In this document: positions 50,057 through 59,609 of the stretch, piece after piece | Numbering within the stretch: position 1 is the first letter of the stretch | How the letters are laid out: every line of letters begins with the position of its first letter | DNA from: an uncultured Fibrobacterota bacterium | GTDB lineage: Bacteria; Fibrobacterota; Chitinivibrionia; Chitinivibrionales; CAYFVL01 | DNA: 64,000 nucleotides | Assembly: GCA_964419255.1 (NCBI GenBank) | Contig: CAYQOU010000014.1 | Coordinates: 1,605-65,604, forward strand | Reading direction: 5' to 3' | Position numbers and translations under genes: made by a program | Notes under the pieces: model-generated | Told to the model about the DNA's origin: nothing | The model's input: the letters and a program-made list of their open reading frames with translations, nothing else | Database searches by the model: none

Positions 50057-50665
50057 ATGAATGTAGTCGAAAAAGCGCGCAGAATTCTGGAAGCCGAAGC
50101 GCAGGCGATCCGCTCGATTCCCTTGGGTCCCTCCTTTGAACATGCTATCGATGTTCTTTATTCATGCAAGGGTAAGATTATAACCACCGGCATGGGCAAA
50201 GCCGGAAATATCGCCATGAAGATGGCCAGCACCCTCTGCTCCACCGGCAGTCCGGCGGCGCATCTTCACCCCGGAGATGCCACACACGGGGATTTGGGAC
50301 TAATCGGCCCGGAAGATGTTATTGTGGCTTATTCAAACAGCGGGAAAACGCGAGAGATAGTAGAGATGCTTCTTCTGGCCAAACGCCTGGGAGTGACACA
50401 TATCATCGGTATCACCAGCCATCCCGACACCCAAATCCGGGAAATTTGTGATATTGTTATCGACATGGGGCTGGTCACCGAACCCTGCCACCTGGGTTTT
50501 ACCCCGACGGCATCCACTGCGGTGATGTTGGCCATCGGGGATGCGCTCAGTCTGGTGCTGGCCGAAAAACGCGGGCTTACCGCAGAGCAGTACGGTCTGA
50601 GACATCATGGTGGTTATCTCGGAGAGCAGGCGCGCAAAAGCAAAAAAGCGGTCGATATCTCATAG
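50057..50665 (+). CDS. single-domain SIS sugar-phosphate isomerase (KpsF/GutQ-like arabinose-5-phosphate isomerase without CBS pair)
   Basis: 202 aa. Contains GKIITTGMGKAGNIAMKMASTLCSTGSPA and AYSNSGKTREI. The ORF ends where KpsF proteins normally continue into CBS domains. Confidence 0.7.
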   Translation: MNVVEKARRILEAEAQAIRSIPLGPSFEHAIDVLYSCKGKIITTGMGKAGNIAMKMASTLCSTGSPAAHLHPGDATHGDLGLIGPEDVIVAYSNSGKTREIVEMLLLAKRLGVTHIIGITSHPDTQIREICDIVIDMGLVTEPCHLGFTPTASTAVMLAIGDALSLVLAEKRGLTAEQYGLRHHGGYLGEQARKSKKAVDIS

Positions 50666-50691
50666 AGCCTTGCTTTTACAGGAAGCACACG

Positions 50692-51822
50692 ATGCAGTTT
50701 ATTGATTTGAAGAAGCAACAGAAAAGAATAGAGTCCGCCGTTTACAGGCGGATACAGGATGTTCTGAATCACGGTGCCTACATTATGGGCCCGGAGGTGT
50801 TTGAGCTGGAAGAAAAGCTTGCCATCCATGCCGGGGTCAAACACTGCGTGAGCTGCTCCAGCGGTACGGATGCTCTTCTGATGGCGCTTGTTGCCTATGG
50901 GGTGGGGCCGGGGGATGCGGTGTTGACCACTCCGTTTACCTTCGTAGCAACCGCCGAGGCCATAGCATTGACCGGCGCAACGCCAGTTTTTGTGGACATC
51001 TGCGAAGATACGTTTAATATAGATCCGGAAAAACTTCGAGACACGCTGATTCATATCGACACACACTCCCCTCCCGGTGTGGCCAAACAGATACACCCCA
51101 GGGCAATTATCGCAGTCGATCTGTTTGGGTTGCCTGCGGATTATGACCGCATAAATCGAATCGCGGACGAGTTTGGTATTTTCGTCCTGGAGGATGCAGC
51201 ACAGAGCTTCGGGGGTCTTTATAAAGCTAAGTCCGCCTGCTCGCTTGCTGACATTGCGGCGACCAGTTTCTTTCCGGCAAAACCGCTTGGCTGCTACGGT
51301 GACGGTGGTGCGGTGTTTACCGATGATGATGAGATCGCCGAGCGCCTGCGCTCCATTCGGGTGCACGGTCAGGGTGAAGACAAATACACCAACATCCGCC
51401 TGGGAATAAACGGTCGGCTCGATACGATCCAGGCAGCCATTCTGCTGGAAAAACTCACCATTTTCGAATCCGAAATCGAGGCGCGTCAACAGGTCGCGCA
51501 GATGTATTCCCGATATGCACCATCCGGCCTAAAAACGCCATCCATTCCCGACGACTGCCGCTCGGCCTGGGCACAGTATTCGGTACGAAGCGCTCGGCGT
51601 GGACGCATCCAGGCGGCCTTAAAAGAAAGACAGATCCCCACAGCTATCTATTATCCAATCCCTCTTCATCTTCAGAAAGCCTACAAATATCTCGGTTATC
51701 AGGAAGGAAGCTTTGAAATCTGTGAACAAATCAGCTCCGACATTTTCAGCCTTCCGATGCACCCCTACCTGCAAGAGAATGAAATCCACGCGATAATGCA
51801 GGTGGTCAGCAAGAGCGTTTGA
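50692..51822 (+). CDS. DegT/DnrJ/EryC1/StrS-family sugar aminotransferase
   Basis: 376 aa. Contains SSGTDALLMAL, TPFTFVATAEAI, EDAAQSFG and SFFPAKPLGCYGDGG. Confidence 0.85.
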   Translation: MQFIDLKKQQKRIESAVYRRIQDVLNHGAYIMGPEVFELEEKLAIHAGVKHCVSCSSGTDALLMALVAYGVGPGDAVLTTPFTFVATAEAIALTGATPVFVDICEDTFNIDPEKLRDTLIHIDTHSPPGVAKQIHPRAIIAVDLFGLPADYDRINRIADEFGIFVLEDAAQSFGGLYKAKSACSLADIAATSFFPAKPLGCYGDGGAVFTDDDEIAERLRSIRVHGQGEDKYTNIRLGINGRLDTIQAAILLEKLTIFESEIEARQQVAQMYSRYAPSGLKTPSIPDDCRSAWAQYSVRSARRGRIQAALKERQIPTAIYYPIPLHLQKAYKYLGYQEGSFEICEQISSDIFSLPMHPYLQENEIHAIMQVVSKSV

Positions 51823-52332
51823 AAGATTGAGCCAAACCTAAACTATGCAACCTCTCGGATCCGCCCGTCCAGCGTTTCTGCTTTGCCCATAATTCCGATC
51901 ACCTATACACGTATGACATTCCATTTACCGGCACAAATAAGGGTATATACCAGCTTTTTGTTCTCCGCTGCCCCCGATTTTTGTCATATACCGGCTGTGA
52001 TATGTAACTCATTAGCACGTAAGAATTAAAGCCGTTCGAAAGCCTGCTCAAAAAATCGTTTTTTATCTTGCATGAATGATTCATTTAGGGTACACTTACT
52101 ATTCGAAAACCCGATTCGCATGCGGCCGGGTACCGCCTACGGGGGGAAGGTGCGTCTGTTTCAGTTTCGATGGATTCGGGTGTGGAGTTTTGAACAAGTA
52201 TTACCCTCGAAAGGGTAAACAAAAGAAATAAAACCACCTATCTCACCTATACTGTATCCGTCAAAGCTCGCTTCTCGACACTCCAATCTCGCCCTTTACG
52301 CTGGTCTCCAGACACAATAAATTTGCTAATCT

Positions 52333-52376
52333 TTTGCCAATAAATTAGTTTAATATACTTTTGGGTTATATATTTG
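52333..52376 (+). promoter_or_regulatory. Bacteroidetes-type promoter-like motifs (TTTG-N19-TAnnTTTG)
   Basis: TTTG at 52333-52336, a 19-nt spacer, then TACTTTTG at 52356-52363. A second TATATTTG lies at 52369-52376. This is a motif match only, and no similar motif was found upstream of other genes in the window. Confidence 0.3.
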
Positions 52377-52396
52377 CTGTAACCTGAAAGTCAATT

Positions 52397-52452
52397 CTGA
52401 TGCTCTTAGGCATCAGGGGAAAAAGTCGACGGTGTCGACTAGCGCCTTTTTT
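52397..52452 (+). terminator. leader hairpin pair ending in a T-run (attenuator or small-RNA 3' end candidate)
   Basis: Hairpin 1: CTGATGC-TCTTAG-GCATCAG (52397-52416). Hairpin 2: AGTCGAC-GGT-GTCGACT (52424-52440). These are followed by AGCGCC and TTTTTT (52447-52452), 54 nt upstream of ATG 52506. Confidence 0.4.
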
Positions 52453-52505
52453 GTTGTACCGGTAAAACCGGACATGCTTTGTACACTTTTTTTCAGGAGA
52501 CCACA

Positions 52506-52880
52506 ATGGCCAGAAAACCAGATTTAGCCAAGCGTAAGAAAGCTCTCGATTTCATTGCCAAATACAATGCAGAGCACGGCGGACGCGGCGGCATAACAGC
52601 TGCTGCCAACAAGTATAAGGTTCACCCGATCACTGTCGGTAAATGGGTAAAGGAAGAGGGACTGCCGGAAGTTGAAGCTTCCGAAGCCGCCGCACCCAAA
52701 GCAGCCGCCAAGAAAAGTCGCAAGAAAGCAGCCGCAGCATCACCCAAGAGCGCCCCGGTGACCGTGGATAAGAAATCGGTGATGGATAAGATCGAAGAGA
52801 TCCAGGATCTTGAAAACCACATTGCCAACCTCCAGACCCGCGTCGCCGAGATCAAAGGCGAAATCAAAGCGATGCTGTAA
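52506..52880 (+). CDS. small HTH-like protein with Ala/Lys/Pro-rich linker and C-terminal coiled coil
   Basis: Start set to ATG 52506 (AGGAGA lies 6 nt upstream). 124 aa. GITAAANKYKVHPITVGKWVKE reads as HTH-like. The linker is AAAPKAAAKKSRKKAAAASPKSAP. The C-terminus has a heptad-like pattern, IEEIQDLENHIANLQTRVAEIKGEIKAML. Confidence 0.6.
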   Translation: MARKPDLAKRKKALDFIAKYNAEHGGRGGITAAANKYKVHPITVGKWVKEEGLPEVEASEAAAPKAAAKKSRKKAAAASPKSAPVTVDKKSVMDKIEEIQDLENHIANLQTRVAEIKGEIKAML

Positions 52881-52903
52881 GCAAAAAGACACCCCTCCGG
52901 GAG

Positions 52904-52921
52904 GCGGGCTTTTTGGCCCGC
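52904..52921 (+). terminator. short hairpin after the HTH gene
   Basis: GCGGGC-TTTTTG-GCCCGC followed by a T-rich tract, 24 nt after the stop. Confidence 0.35.
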
Positions 52922-53011
52922 TTCCGTATATTTTCTTCGTATTTATTTAATTCTTCTTTTTATTGTTTTTCAATAGTAGATTTCGTCTTTAATCCTTTGC
53001 TCTTTATATCA

Positions 53012-53683
53012 ATGAGTGTATTTTTCAGGAAAAATATACGTACTATCATCATAATAGGCTTGGTTCTGTTTCTTATTATTTCGACAATTGATATCTACAA
53101 GAGGTTAGGATCTTGGCTTGTTTTGGACGATACACTTCCTCATAAAGCCGATATACTTTTTGTTTTCGCCGGCGACGTTCAACGAATCCAGTATGCCGCA
53201 AAACTAATCACGAGGTATTCGGAATCGACACTTATCTGTTCACAAATAGATTCTCTCCGCATAGAAAAGATCATTGATACGACTCCTTATCAAATCAAAG
53301 TAGCTAATTACAGCTCATCTACAATTGATGAGATTACTTTCCTTAAAAAGCATTTAGGTGACAACTCCATCAAGAATGCCGATATTTTATTATTATCGTC
53401 ACCATATCACATGAGAAGAATATCCATAATGGCGGCCATTGAATTCAGAGGCAAAACAGATTCTAACAATTTTTTCTTTGTACCTGTTGAAGGAAACTCC
53501 GTTAAGAACCAAAAGGATGCCTTCGTAAAATGGTGGAAAACTAAAAAATGTATATCTGCCGTACACTCCGAACTGGCAAAAATCGGGTACTATTTTATTG
53601 TGTACCTAAATCCATTTTTGAACAGCGACAGCATTGAGATGCACATTAAAGGCAGCAAATTCACCCGCAATCGCTCATTTTAA
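53012..53683 (+). CDS. DUF218 (YdcF/ElyC/SanA-like) membrane-anchored protein
   Basis: Start set to ATG 53012 (MSVFFRKNIRTIIIIGLVLFLII TM anchor). Contains ADILFVFAGD and LLSSPYHMRR, typical of DUF218. Confidence 0.7.
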   Translation: MSVFFRKNIRTIIIIGLVLFLIISTIDIYKRLGSWLVLDDTLPHKADILFVFAGDVQRIQYAAKLITRYSESTLICSQIDSLRIEKIIDTTPYQIKVANYSSSTIDEITFLKKHLGDNSIKNADILLLSSPYHMRRISIMAAIEFRGKTDSNNFFFVPVEGNSVKNQKDAFVKWWKTKKCISAVHSELAKIGYYFIVYLNPFLNSDSIEMHIKGSKFTRNRSF

Positions 53684-53739
53684 CCTAATAAATATCTAAT
53701 TCCGTTGAAATTCGCCAAATTCCTTTTGACGATTCGAAT

Positions 53740-55023
53740 ATGAAACGATTACTTAAAAATACCAGTATTCTGTATGGAAGTAATATACTTTCTTCCTTTC
53801 TCGCTCTTGGCACGCTGACATTAACAGCCCGAGGACTAGGTCCAGAAATGTTTGGTATGATGGTGCTGATTACCTCTTACATTCACATCGTTGACCGCTT
53901 TGTTAATTTCCAAAGTTGGCAGGCGATTGTAAAATATGGTTCAGAATCTTTGAGTAGAGGAAATACTGAAGATTTCAAATCGCTAGTTAAGTTTGGATTT
54001 GTTTTAGACATTTCGACCGCTTTCATCGGCCAAATTTTGACCATAGTAGTAGTTTTCCTCATTGGCAAGTTTAAGATGTGGGATACTCAATTCATAGTAG
54101 TGTCTTTTATATACAGTATTACGATTCTATTTCACATAAATGGCACTCCCACGGCCATATTGCGCCTTTTTGATAAGTATACTGTAATTGCCTTTCAGAA
54201 AATAGTATCATCATCATTAAAGTTATTGTTCTCAGCCGTTGCTTTCATTCTCAATGCGGATTTAAAAGCTTTCATAATTATCTGGGCAGCATCCGATATC
54301 GTCGGGAATATTGCCCTCGTAATATTCGCACAAAAAGCAATGGTTTCAAGAGGCATGCAAGGGTTTGTTTTTTGTAGTTTGAAGGATCTATCTAAAAGAT
54401 TCGAAGGGATTTGGAAATTTGTATGGGCCTCAAACATACATGCCTCAGTCAAACTCGGTTTAAAAGAAATTGATGTGGTTATTGTTGGCCATTTGTTGGG
54501 TTTACACGGAGCAGGAATCTATAAGGTTGTTAAATCCATAGGCACATCAATAGGTAGTTTCACGGGGCCACTATACCAGGTTATATACCCCGAACTTGCC
54601 AAAAATGTGGAAACACGTAATTATGTGGCTTTGAGAAGACTTATCATTAATCCCCTTGGATTGGTGAGTATCGTTTCTGTTGCCCTTTTTTTACTGTTCA
54701 TATTATTTGGCGAAACAGCCATTACCATGTTTTTGGGGATAGAATACATTATTTCTTTTCATCCTGCTCAAATATATCTGATCGGCACACTCCTAAGCAT
54801 GGTAACATTTTCATTCCACCCCACTTTGCTATCTCTTGGAAAGGCTACAACTTCCCTTTATATTCTTCTTTTTAGTACTTTCGTATACCTTGTCTCACTC
54901 GTAATACTCACGAATGCTTACGGTTTAGCGGGATCTTCCCTTTCTTTCGTATTTTTTTACGTCGTTTGGTCGACAATTCAAGGTTTTACTATTAACACAT
55001 GCCTGAAAAGAAGTTTATTATGA
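53740..55023 (+). CDS. wzx: polysaccharide flippase (Wzx, MOP superfamily)
   Basis: 427 aa, about 12 predicted TM helices. The N-terminus LKNTSILYGSNILSSFLALGTLTLTARGLGPEMFG is typical of polysaccharide biosynthesis/export proteins. Confidence 0.75.
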   Translation: MKRLLKNTSILYGSNILSSFLALGTLTLTARGLGPEMFGMMVLITSYIHIVDRFVNFQSWQAIVKYGSESLSRGNTEDFKSLVKFGFVLDISTAFIGQILTIVVVFLIGKFKMWDTQFIVVSFIYSITILFHINGTPTAILRLFDKYTVIAFQKIVSSSLKLLFSAVAFILNADLKAFIIIWAASDIVGNIALVIFAQKAMVSRGMQGFVFCSLKDLSKRFEGIWKFVWASNIHASVKLGLKEIDVVIVGHLLGLHGAGIYKVVKSIGTSIGSFTGPLYQVIYPELAKNVETRNYVALRRLIINPLGLVSIVSVALFLLFILFGETAITMFLGIEYIISFHPAQIYLIGTLLSMVTFSFHPTLLSLGKATTSLYILLFSTFVYLVSLVILTNAYGLAGSSLSFVFFYVVWSTIQGFTINTCLKRSLL

Positions 55024-55772
55024 GATCTGTCGATGCCAATAAGTTCCAACTCCAGAATTCACAATATACATTTCCATATCACTACATACCTCATTTCAAA
55101 AAGGATGGAACCCCTTCTGTAACACGCAATCTAAGGTGGGGTTTGGAATATCTTTGCTACCAAAATCACTTGCGCGCCAAAACTATTTCGATGAGCCCAC
55201 GCTCTGTGCTTGAAGTAGGATGTGGAGATGGATTTTTCATTGGCAGGTTACCTAAAAGCATACAAACACGTATTGGCTGCGATTTATCTACCGAAGCGAT
55301 ATCTTTTGCGAAGGCCTTCTGGCCAGATTGCATTTTCTATGATACAGACGTATATGAAATTGACGGAAAATTTGATTTAGTGGCTGCTATTGAGGTGCTG
55401 GAACATATTCCTGATGATTGTATTTCCATATTCATAAGTAGCCTCGCTGAAAAATTGCATCCCAGCGGTAATATCATTATTTCTGTACCCACAATAAATA
55501 CTCCTCTTAACAAAAAACATTACAGACATTACACACTTTCTATTTTAGAAAAACAAATACGTGAAAGCGGAACGGGCCTGAAAATTGTACAACATGAATA
55601 TATTTATTCCAATCCTTTTTGGATGGATATAATAACCCGTTTAATTTCGAATAGATTTTTTGCTCTTGAAATTAATTTCTTTATGAAGTTTGCATGGAAG
55701 CGGATTTGGAGATACCATCGCGTAACCACTCCATCCAGGGGGCGTCATTTGGTTTCCTATATATGTTTTTAG
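54999..55772 (+). CDS. class I SAM-dependent methyltransferase
   Basis: Motif I VLEVGCGDGFF and a post-I region AIEVLEHIPDD. An alternative start at ATG 55020 would give an ATGA overlap with wzx. Confidence 0.8.
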   Translation: MPEKKFIMRSVDANKFQLQNSQYTFPYHYIPHFKKDGTPSVTRNLRWGLEYLCYQNHLRAKTISMSPRSVLEVGCGDGFFIGRLPKSIQTRIGCDLSTEAISFAKAFWPDCIFYDTDVYEIDGKFDLVAAIEVLEHIPDDCISIFISSLAEKLHPSGNIIISVPTINTPLNKKHYRHYTLSILEKQIRESGTGLKIVQHEYIYSNPFWMDIITRLISNRFFALEINFFMKFAWKRIWRYHRVTTPSRGRHLVSYICF

Positions 55773-55819
55773 GATTTTGTATACTTTTCATTTCATTTTT
55801 CATTACTTGATTTTATAAT

Positions 55820-56908
55820 ATGCGCACTAGCATTATATACGCCACCAAAACACCGCTGCCTTACCCCAATGCCGCAAGCATCAATATTGTTCAAACCTGT
55901 CAAACTTTGGCACAGCTTGGTTATAATTCTGTTCTGTACAACGACTGGAAACCTTGGCGGTTAACCACACTATTTCACAATGTAAGAAAATATTATGGGA
56001 TTGATCGCTTATCTTTTGATATTCATAGGGTTCCCCCTATCAGTACGGTATATTTTCATGGTTTATACCATTTGGCTAGGAAAATGAATGCTATCGTTTT
56101 CACAAGGGATCTGAGCACCGCATCATACACTACTCATCGTGGTATTCCCACAATATTAGAGTTACATACGAGCAAAAACAATTCTAAAGATATTCTTGCA
56201 TTACTTGAAAACTCTAATCTTATTAAGTTATTATTCATCTCTCAATCTCTTTACGATTCTTATGGATTAGATAACAATGATTGTAGGGTATCTGTGTATC
56301 ATGATCCGGTTAATCCCTTACGGTTTTCTGACATTATCGTTCCTGATAAAACAAGTTGTGGTTACGTGGGCAGCTCTTTTCCAGGAAAGGGACTCCGTGA
56401 GATCGTAATTCCTTTAGCATTGAAAAACCCTGATATTGAATTCCACATTGCCGGAATATCCAAACGCGATATTATAAAACACTCGAACAAAGATGTTGAC
56501 CTTACCAATATAAATGCTTATGGTCGTATACAACCAAATAGAGTACCTCGCATTTTTAACCGCTTCAATATAGCGCTTCTCCCAAACCAGCCCAATATTC
56601 ATCTTCCAAATGGTACAGATATCGGTGCACACACTTCACCACTCAAACTTTTCGAATACATGGCTGCGGGCAAAGCTATTGTCGCTTCCGACATACCGGT
56701 TTTGCGTGAAGTTCTCACGCATGAATACAATGCTCTTTTAATTAAACACAACCACTTAGATGGGTGGATTGAGGCGATTAAAAGACTAAAGACGGATGAT
56801 AAATTGTTCAACAGAATCTCTGCTCAGGCAAAAAATGATGCTCTGAAATACTACTCTTTCGAATACCGTTATTCCGCAATTCTATCAGAGATCAGTATCC
56901 ATCCATGA
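55820..56908 (+). CDS. GT4-family glycosyltransferase
   Basis: 362 aa. C-terminal SPLKLFEYMAAGKAIVASDIPVLREVL (EX7E-type region). Confidence 0.8.
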   Translation: MRTSIIYATKTPLPYPNAASINIVQTCQTLAQLGYNSVLYNDWKPWRLTTLFHNVRKYYGIDRLSFDIHRVPPISTVYFHGLYHLARKMNAIVFTRDLSTASYTTHRGIPTILELHTSKNNSKDILALLENSNLIKLLFISQSLYDSYGLDNNDCRVSVYHDPVNPLRFSDIIVPDKTSCGYVGSSFPGKGLREIVIPLALKNPDIEFHIAGISKRDIIKHSNKDVDLTNINAYGRIQPNRVPRIFNRFNIALLPNQPNIHLPNGTDIGAHTSPLKLFEYMAAGKAIVASDIPVLREVLTHEYNALLIKHNHLDGWIEAIKRLKTDDKLFNRISAQAKNDALKYYSFEYRYSAILSEISIHP

Positions 56909-58317
56909 TCAGGTATTTTTTGTTCCTTTCGATGTTTCTTTTGATCTATTCGCCAAAGATTGCCGGCAGTCTTGACTCTCTTGCAGCTACTTGCTTTATC
57001 ATTTCTTTATGGGCAGTCGTATCAAATAGCATCAGGAACCTAAAGATTACCCCCGTTAAACGAATAGTTTTCTATATTTCACTTTTTTTCATATTTTTCT
57101 TGTATTCCTATATCTTGCGCAGTTCCAATAATATAACAGACATGTACCAGCCATTGCGCTTTCTCAGATGTATTGTTAACACTGTGGGAGTGGCATCTTT
57201 ATTGTCCTTATATGTTAAACATTATGAGAGTAATGCCGGCACTCGTTTGGTAAAGGACCTATGGTTTTGTTTGTTATTCCACGCTGTTATCATTACAATA
57301 ATGTTTCTTGTTCCGCCTGTAAATGAATTCATTATAATGCACGTCAGGAAAGTTGACCCTAACAGCGAACATTTTAAAACTCTTTTGGACGGCAATCGCA
57401 TAGGGGGATTAACGGCATCCTGGGATGCGACATCCGGTATGCAATCCCTGGGTATAATACTTCTTCCGGCCTTTTGGGTAAAGGGATACAAGAATATTTT
57501 CATGGTGCTGGGTGTTATATTTTTCAGTCTCTTTTCGATGTTTCTTTCAGGAGCTACTGGATTTATAACTTTGGCTTTAAACACCTTTTTTATTACTTTT
57601 TTATGGCCCAACAGGGCTTTCAACGCTCAACATCACAGCCTTATTTTCAACATAAAGGCAGCTGGAAAACGTATTAACAGAACGATTAACATTAAATTTA
57701 ACTTACTCCTGACGTTTCTTTTGACGATAATGATAATTTCATATGTAGTTATAAATATACTGCCTGGATTATCGCTTATGATTTCTGGTACTTCAATCGC
57801 GCGAACTACAAACATGTTTTTATCTGACACAGAATATGAACTTAAACACAACAACAAACGAACGATTACCGCAAACCGCACAATAAAAACAATAATGGAT
57901 ATGTATTTTTTGCCTTCAGAAACAGATGTATTTTTGTTCGGTTTGGGAGGAAGCGGTAGAAAAGACAATGAATATTACATACCAGCCGATAATGGAATTA
58001 TCTTAAACGTTCACAATCTGGGCATAATAATGTCATTGCTTCTATATTGCTTCATACTTTATGATTTGTGCGTCGCATTCAAATATCGCCACAAACTACC
58101 CCAAAAATCATTCATAACTCTTTTTGTTATGATAACCATTCTCCTTATAGACGCTAAAGTTCAGTACCTGATAGCTCGCAATTCTTTATCTATTATGTTA
58201 ATTGCAGTTTTTACGATGTGGCATGAAATCGGCCTACTGAAATTCCAAAGAAGAAAACAATTACAAAAGGATAAATATGAAAACAAAATCTGCAATCATT
58301 GTACCGAATTGCAGTGA
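56905..58317 (+). CDS. polytopic membrane protein, candidate O-antigen/EPS polymerase (Wzy-like)
   Basis: 470 aa with many TM helices, highly hydrophobic and AT-rich. Position is between glycosyltransferases. No strong motif, so the assignment rests on context. Confidence 0.5.
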   Translation: MIRYFLFLSMFLLIYSPKIAGSLDSLAATCFIISLWAVVSNSIRNLKITPVKRIVFYISLFFIFFLYSYILRSSNNITDMYQPLRFLRCIVNTVGVASLLSLYVKHYESNAGTRLVKDLWFCLLFHAVIITIMFLVPPVNEFIIMHVRKVDPNSEHFKTLLDGNRIGGLTASWDATSGMQSLGIILLPAFWVKGYKNIFMVLGVIFFSLFSMFLSGATGFITLALNTFFITFLWPNRAFNAQHHSLIFNIKAAGKRINRTINIKFNLLLTFLLTIMIISYVVINILPGLSLMISGTSIARTTNMFLSDTEYELKHNNKRTITANRTIKTIMDMYFLPSETDVFLFGLGGSGRKDNEYYIPADNGIILNVHNLGIIMSLLLYCFILYDLCVAFKYRHKLPQKSFITLFVMITILLIDAKVQYLIARNSLSIMLIAVFTMWHEIGLLKFQRRKQLQKDKYENKICNHCTELQ

Positions 58318-59608
58318 TTATAACCGTGGGGACCAGGCTCTTGTATGGGAGGCAGCGCACCTTTTGCGTAACATATTCAAATGTATTGACATATATATTG
58401 TATCAAGTTTTTCTGTAAATGTTGCTAATGAGCAGAACCTGGAGTTTGGTCTTAATGTATTACCGGGAATAATCAGGACACCCCGACGTTTTAAGGAAGG
58501 TAATGATTATATCACTGAGAATATAAGGACATTAATTATCCTTGCCCTAAACAGCATTTATGATTTTTTTTCCAGCCTTGCGGTTTTTTTGTTCGCCAAC
58601 AACACTTCCTTATGCAACCTGTTTCTGAACAAACAACAGCACGCTACAATAGAGGCATTCCGAAAGTCAGATTTTGTGGTCGTAAAGGGAGGTGGCTTTC
58701 TCCATACGTATGGGAAACTTAGGTCGATCTATTATATTTGGTACCAATTGTACTACCTCTATCTCGGATACAGACTTGGAAAACAAATTATAATTCTTCC
58801 GAATTCTTATGGCCCTTTCCATGGTCCTATCATAATAAAACTGCTTCTGAAACATATTTTGTGTAAATGTGCATTTATCTCTGCGCGAGAATCAATCTCT
58901 TCTGAGACAATTTCGAAAATACTTAACAGGCAAATCGAAGTGTTTCCAGATATGGCATACAATAAGAGAATAAGAAATTCGATTGATAAATCCGTACTTA
59001 TCAAAAGTTATTCTATTCCGATCGATTCAAAACTCTGTGTCGGCATTACTTTGAGACCATATCGTTTTCCTGCATCCTCTAACCCTCACTATTTATATGA
59101 AAAATACATCCGCTCTTTTGTTAATTTCACTAAACATCTCCGTAGTAACGATTTTTTTCCTGTTTTTATAGCACATGTTTTAGGCCCTAACAAACATGAA
59201 GACGATAGATATGCGATAAAAGAAGTTTTGAGCAGGCTCCACGGACTAGATTATGGGTACATAGACATACCAGGAGACCACCTTGACCTTAAAGATATTT
59301 ATAGCCACATGTCCTATGTAGTTGGCACGCGTTTTCACTCTATTATTTTCTCTCAATGTTGTAACATCCCCTCTATTGCAATATCATATGGTGGAAACAA
59401 GGGAAATGGTATTATGTCTGACATTGGTCTTTCAGAGTACACAATCAGAATCGAAGATATTACTTCTAAATCTCTATGTAGCAAGTTTGATTCGTTGGTT
59501 GAAAACACTCCAATTATAAAAAAACAGTTAAATGAATGGTTAAAGTCGGCACATAAGAGGCACGAAAGAATGGAACAAATAGTCAGGGATATTCTTAAGG
59601 ATAAATGA
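58277..59608 (+). CDS. polysaccharide pyruvyl transferase family protein
   Basis: 443 aa. Contains NRGDQALVWEA, VVVKGGGFLH and GTRFHSIIFSQCCNIPSIAISY, typical of CsaB/WcaK/EpsO-type enzymes. Confidence 0.8.
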   Translation: MKTKSAIIVPNCSDYNRGDQALVWEAAHLLRNIFKCIDIYIVSSFSVNVANEQNLEFGLNVLPGIIRTPRRFKEGNDYITENIRTLIILALNSIYDFFSSLAVFLFANNTSLCNLFLNKQQHATIEAFRKSDFVVVKGGGFLHTYGKLRSIYYIWYQLYYLYLGYRLGKQIIILPNSYGPFHGPIIIKLLLKHILCKCAFISARESISSETISKILNRQIEVFPDMAYNKRIRNSIDKSVLIKSYSIPIDSKLCVGITLRPYRFPASSNPHYLYEKYIRSFVNFTKHLRSNDFFPVFIAHVLGPNKHEDDRYAIKEVLSRLHGLDYGYIDIPGDHLDLKDIYSHMSYVVGTRFHSIIFSQCCNIPSIAISYGGNKGNGIMSDIGLSEYTIRIEDITSKSLCSKFDSLVENTPIIKKQLNEWLKSAHKRHERMEQIVRDILKDK

Positions 59609-59609
59609 T

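Noticed and set aside
50614-51489. 291-aa ORF on the minus strand
   Set aside because: It is antisense to the DegT aminotransferase gene. No motifs.
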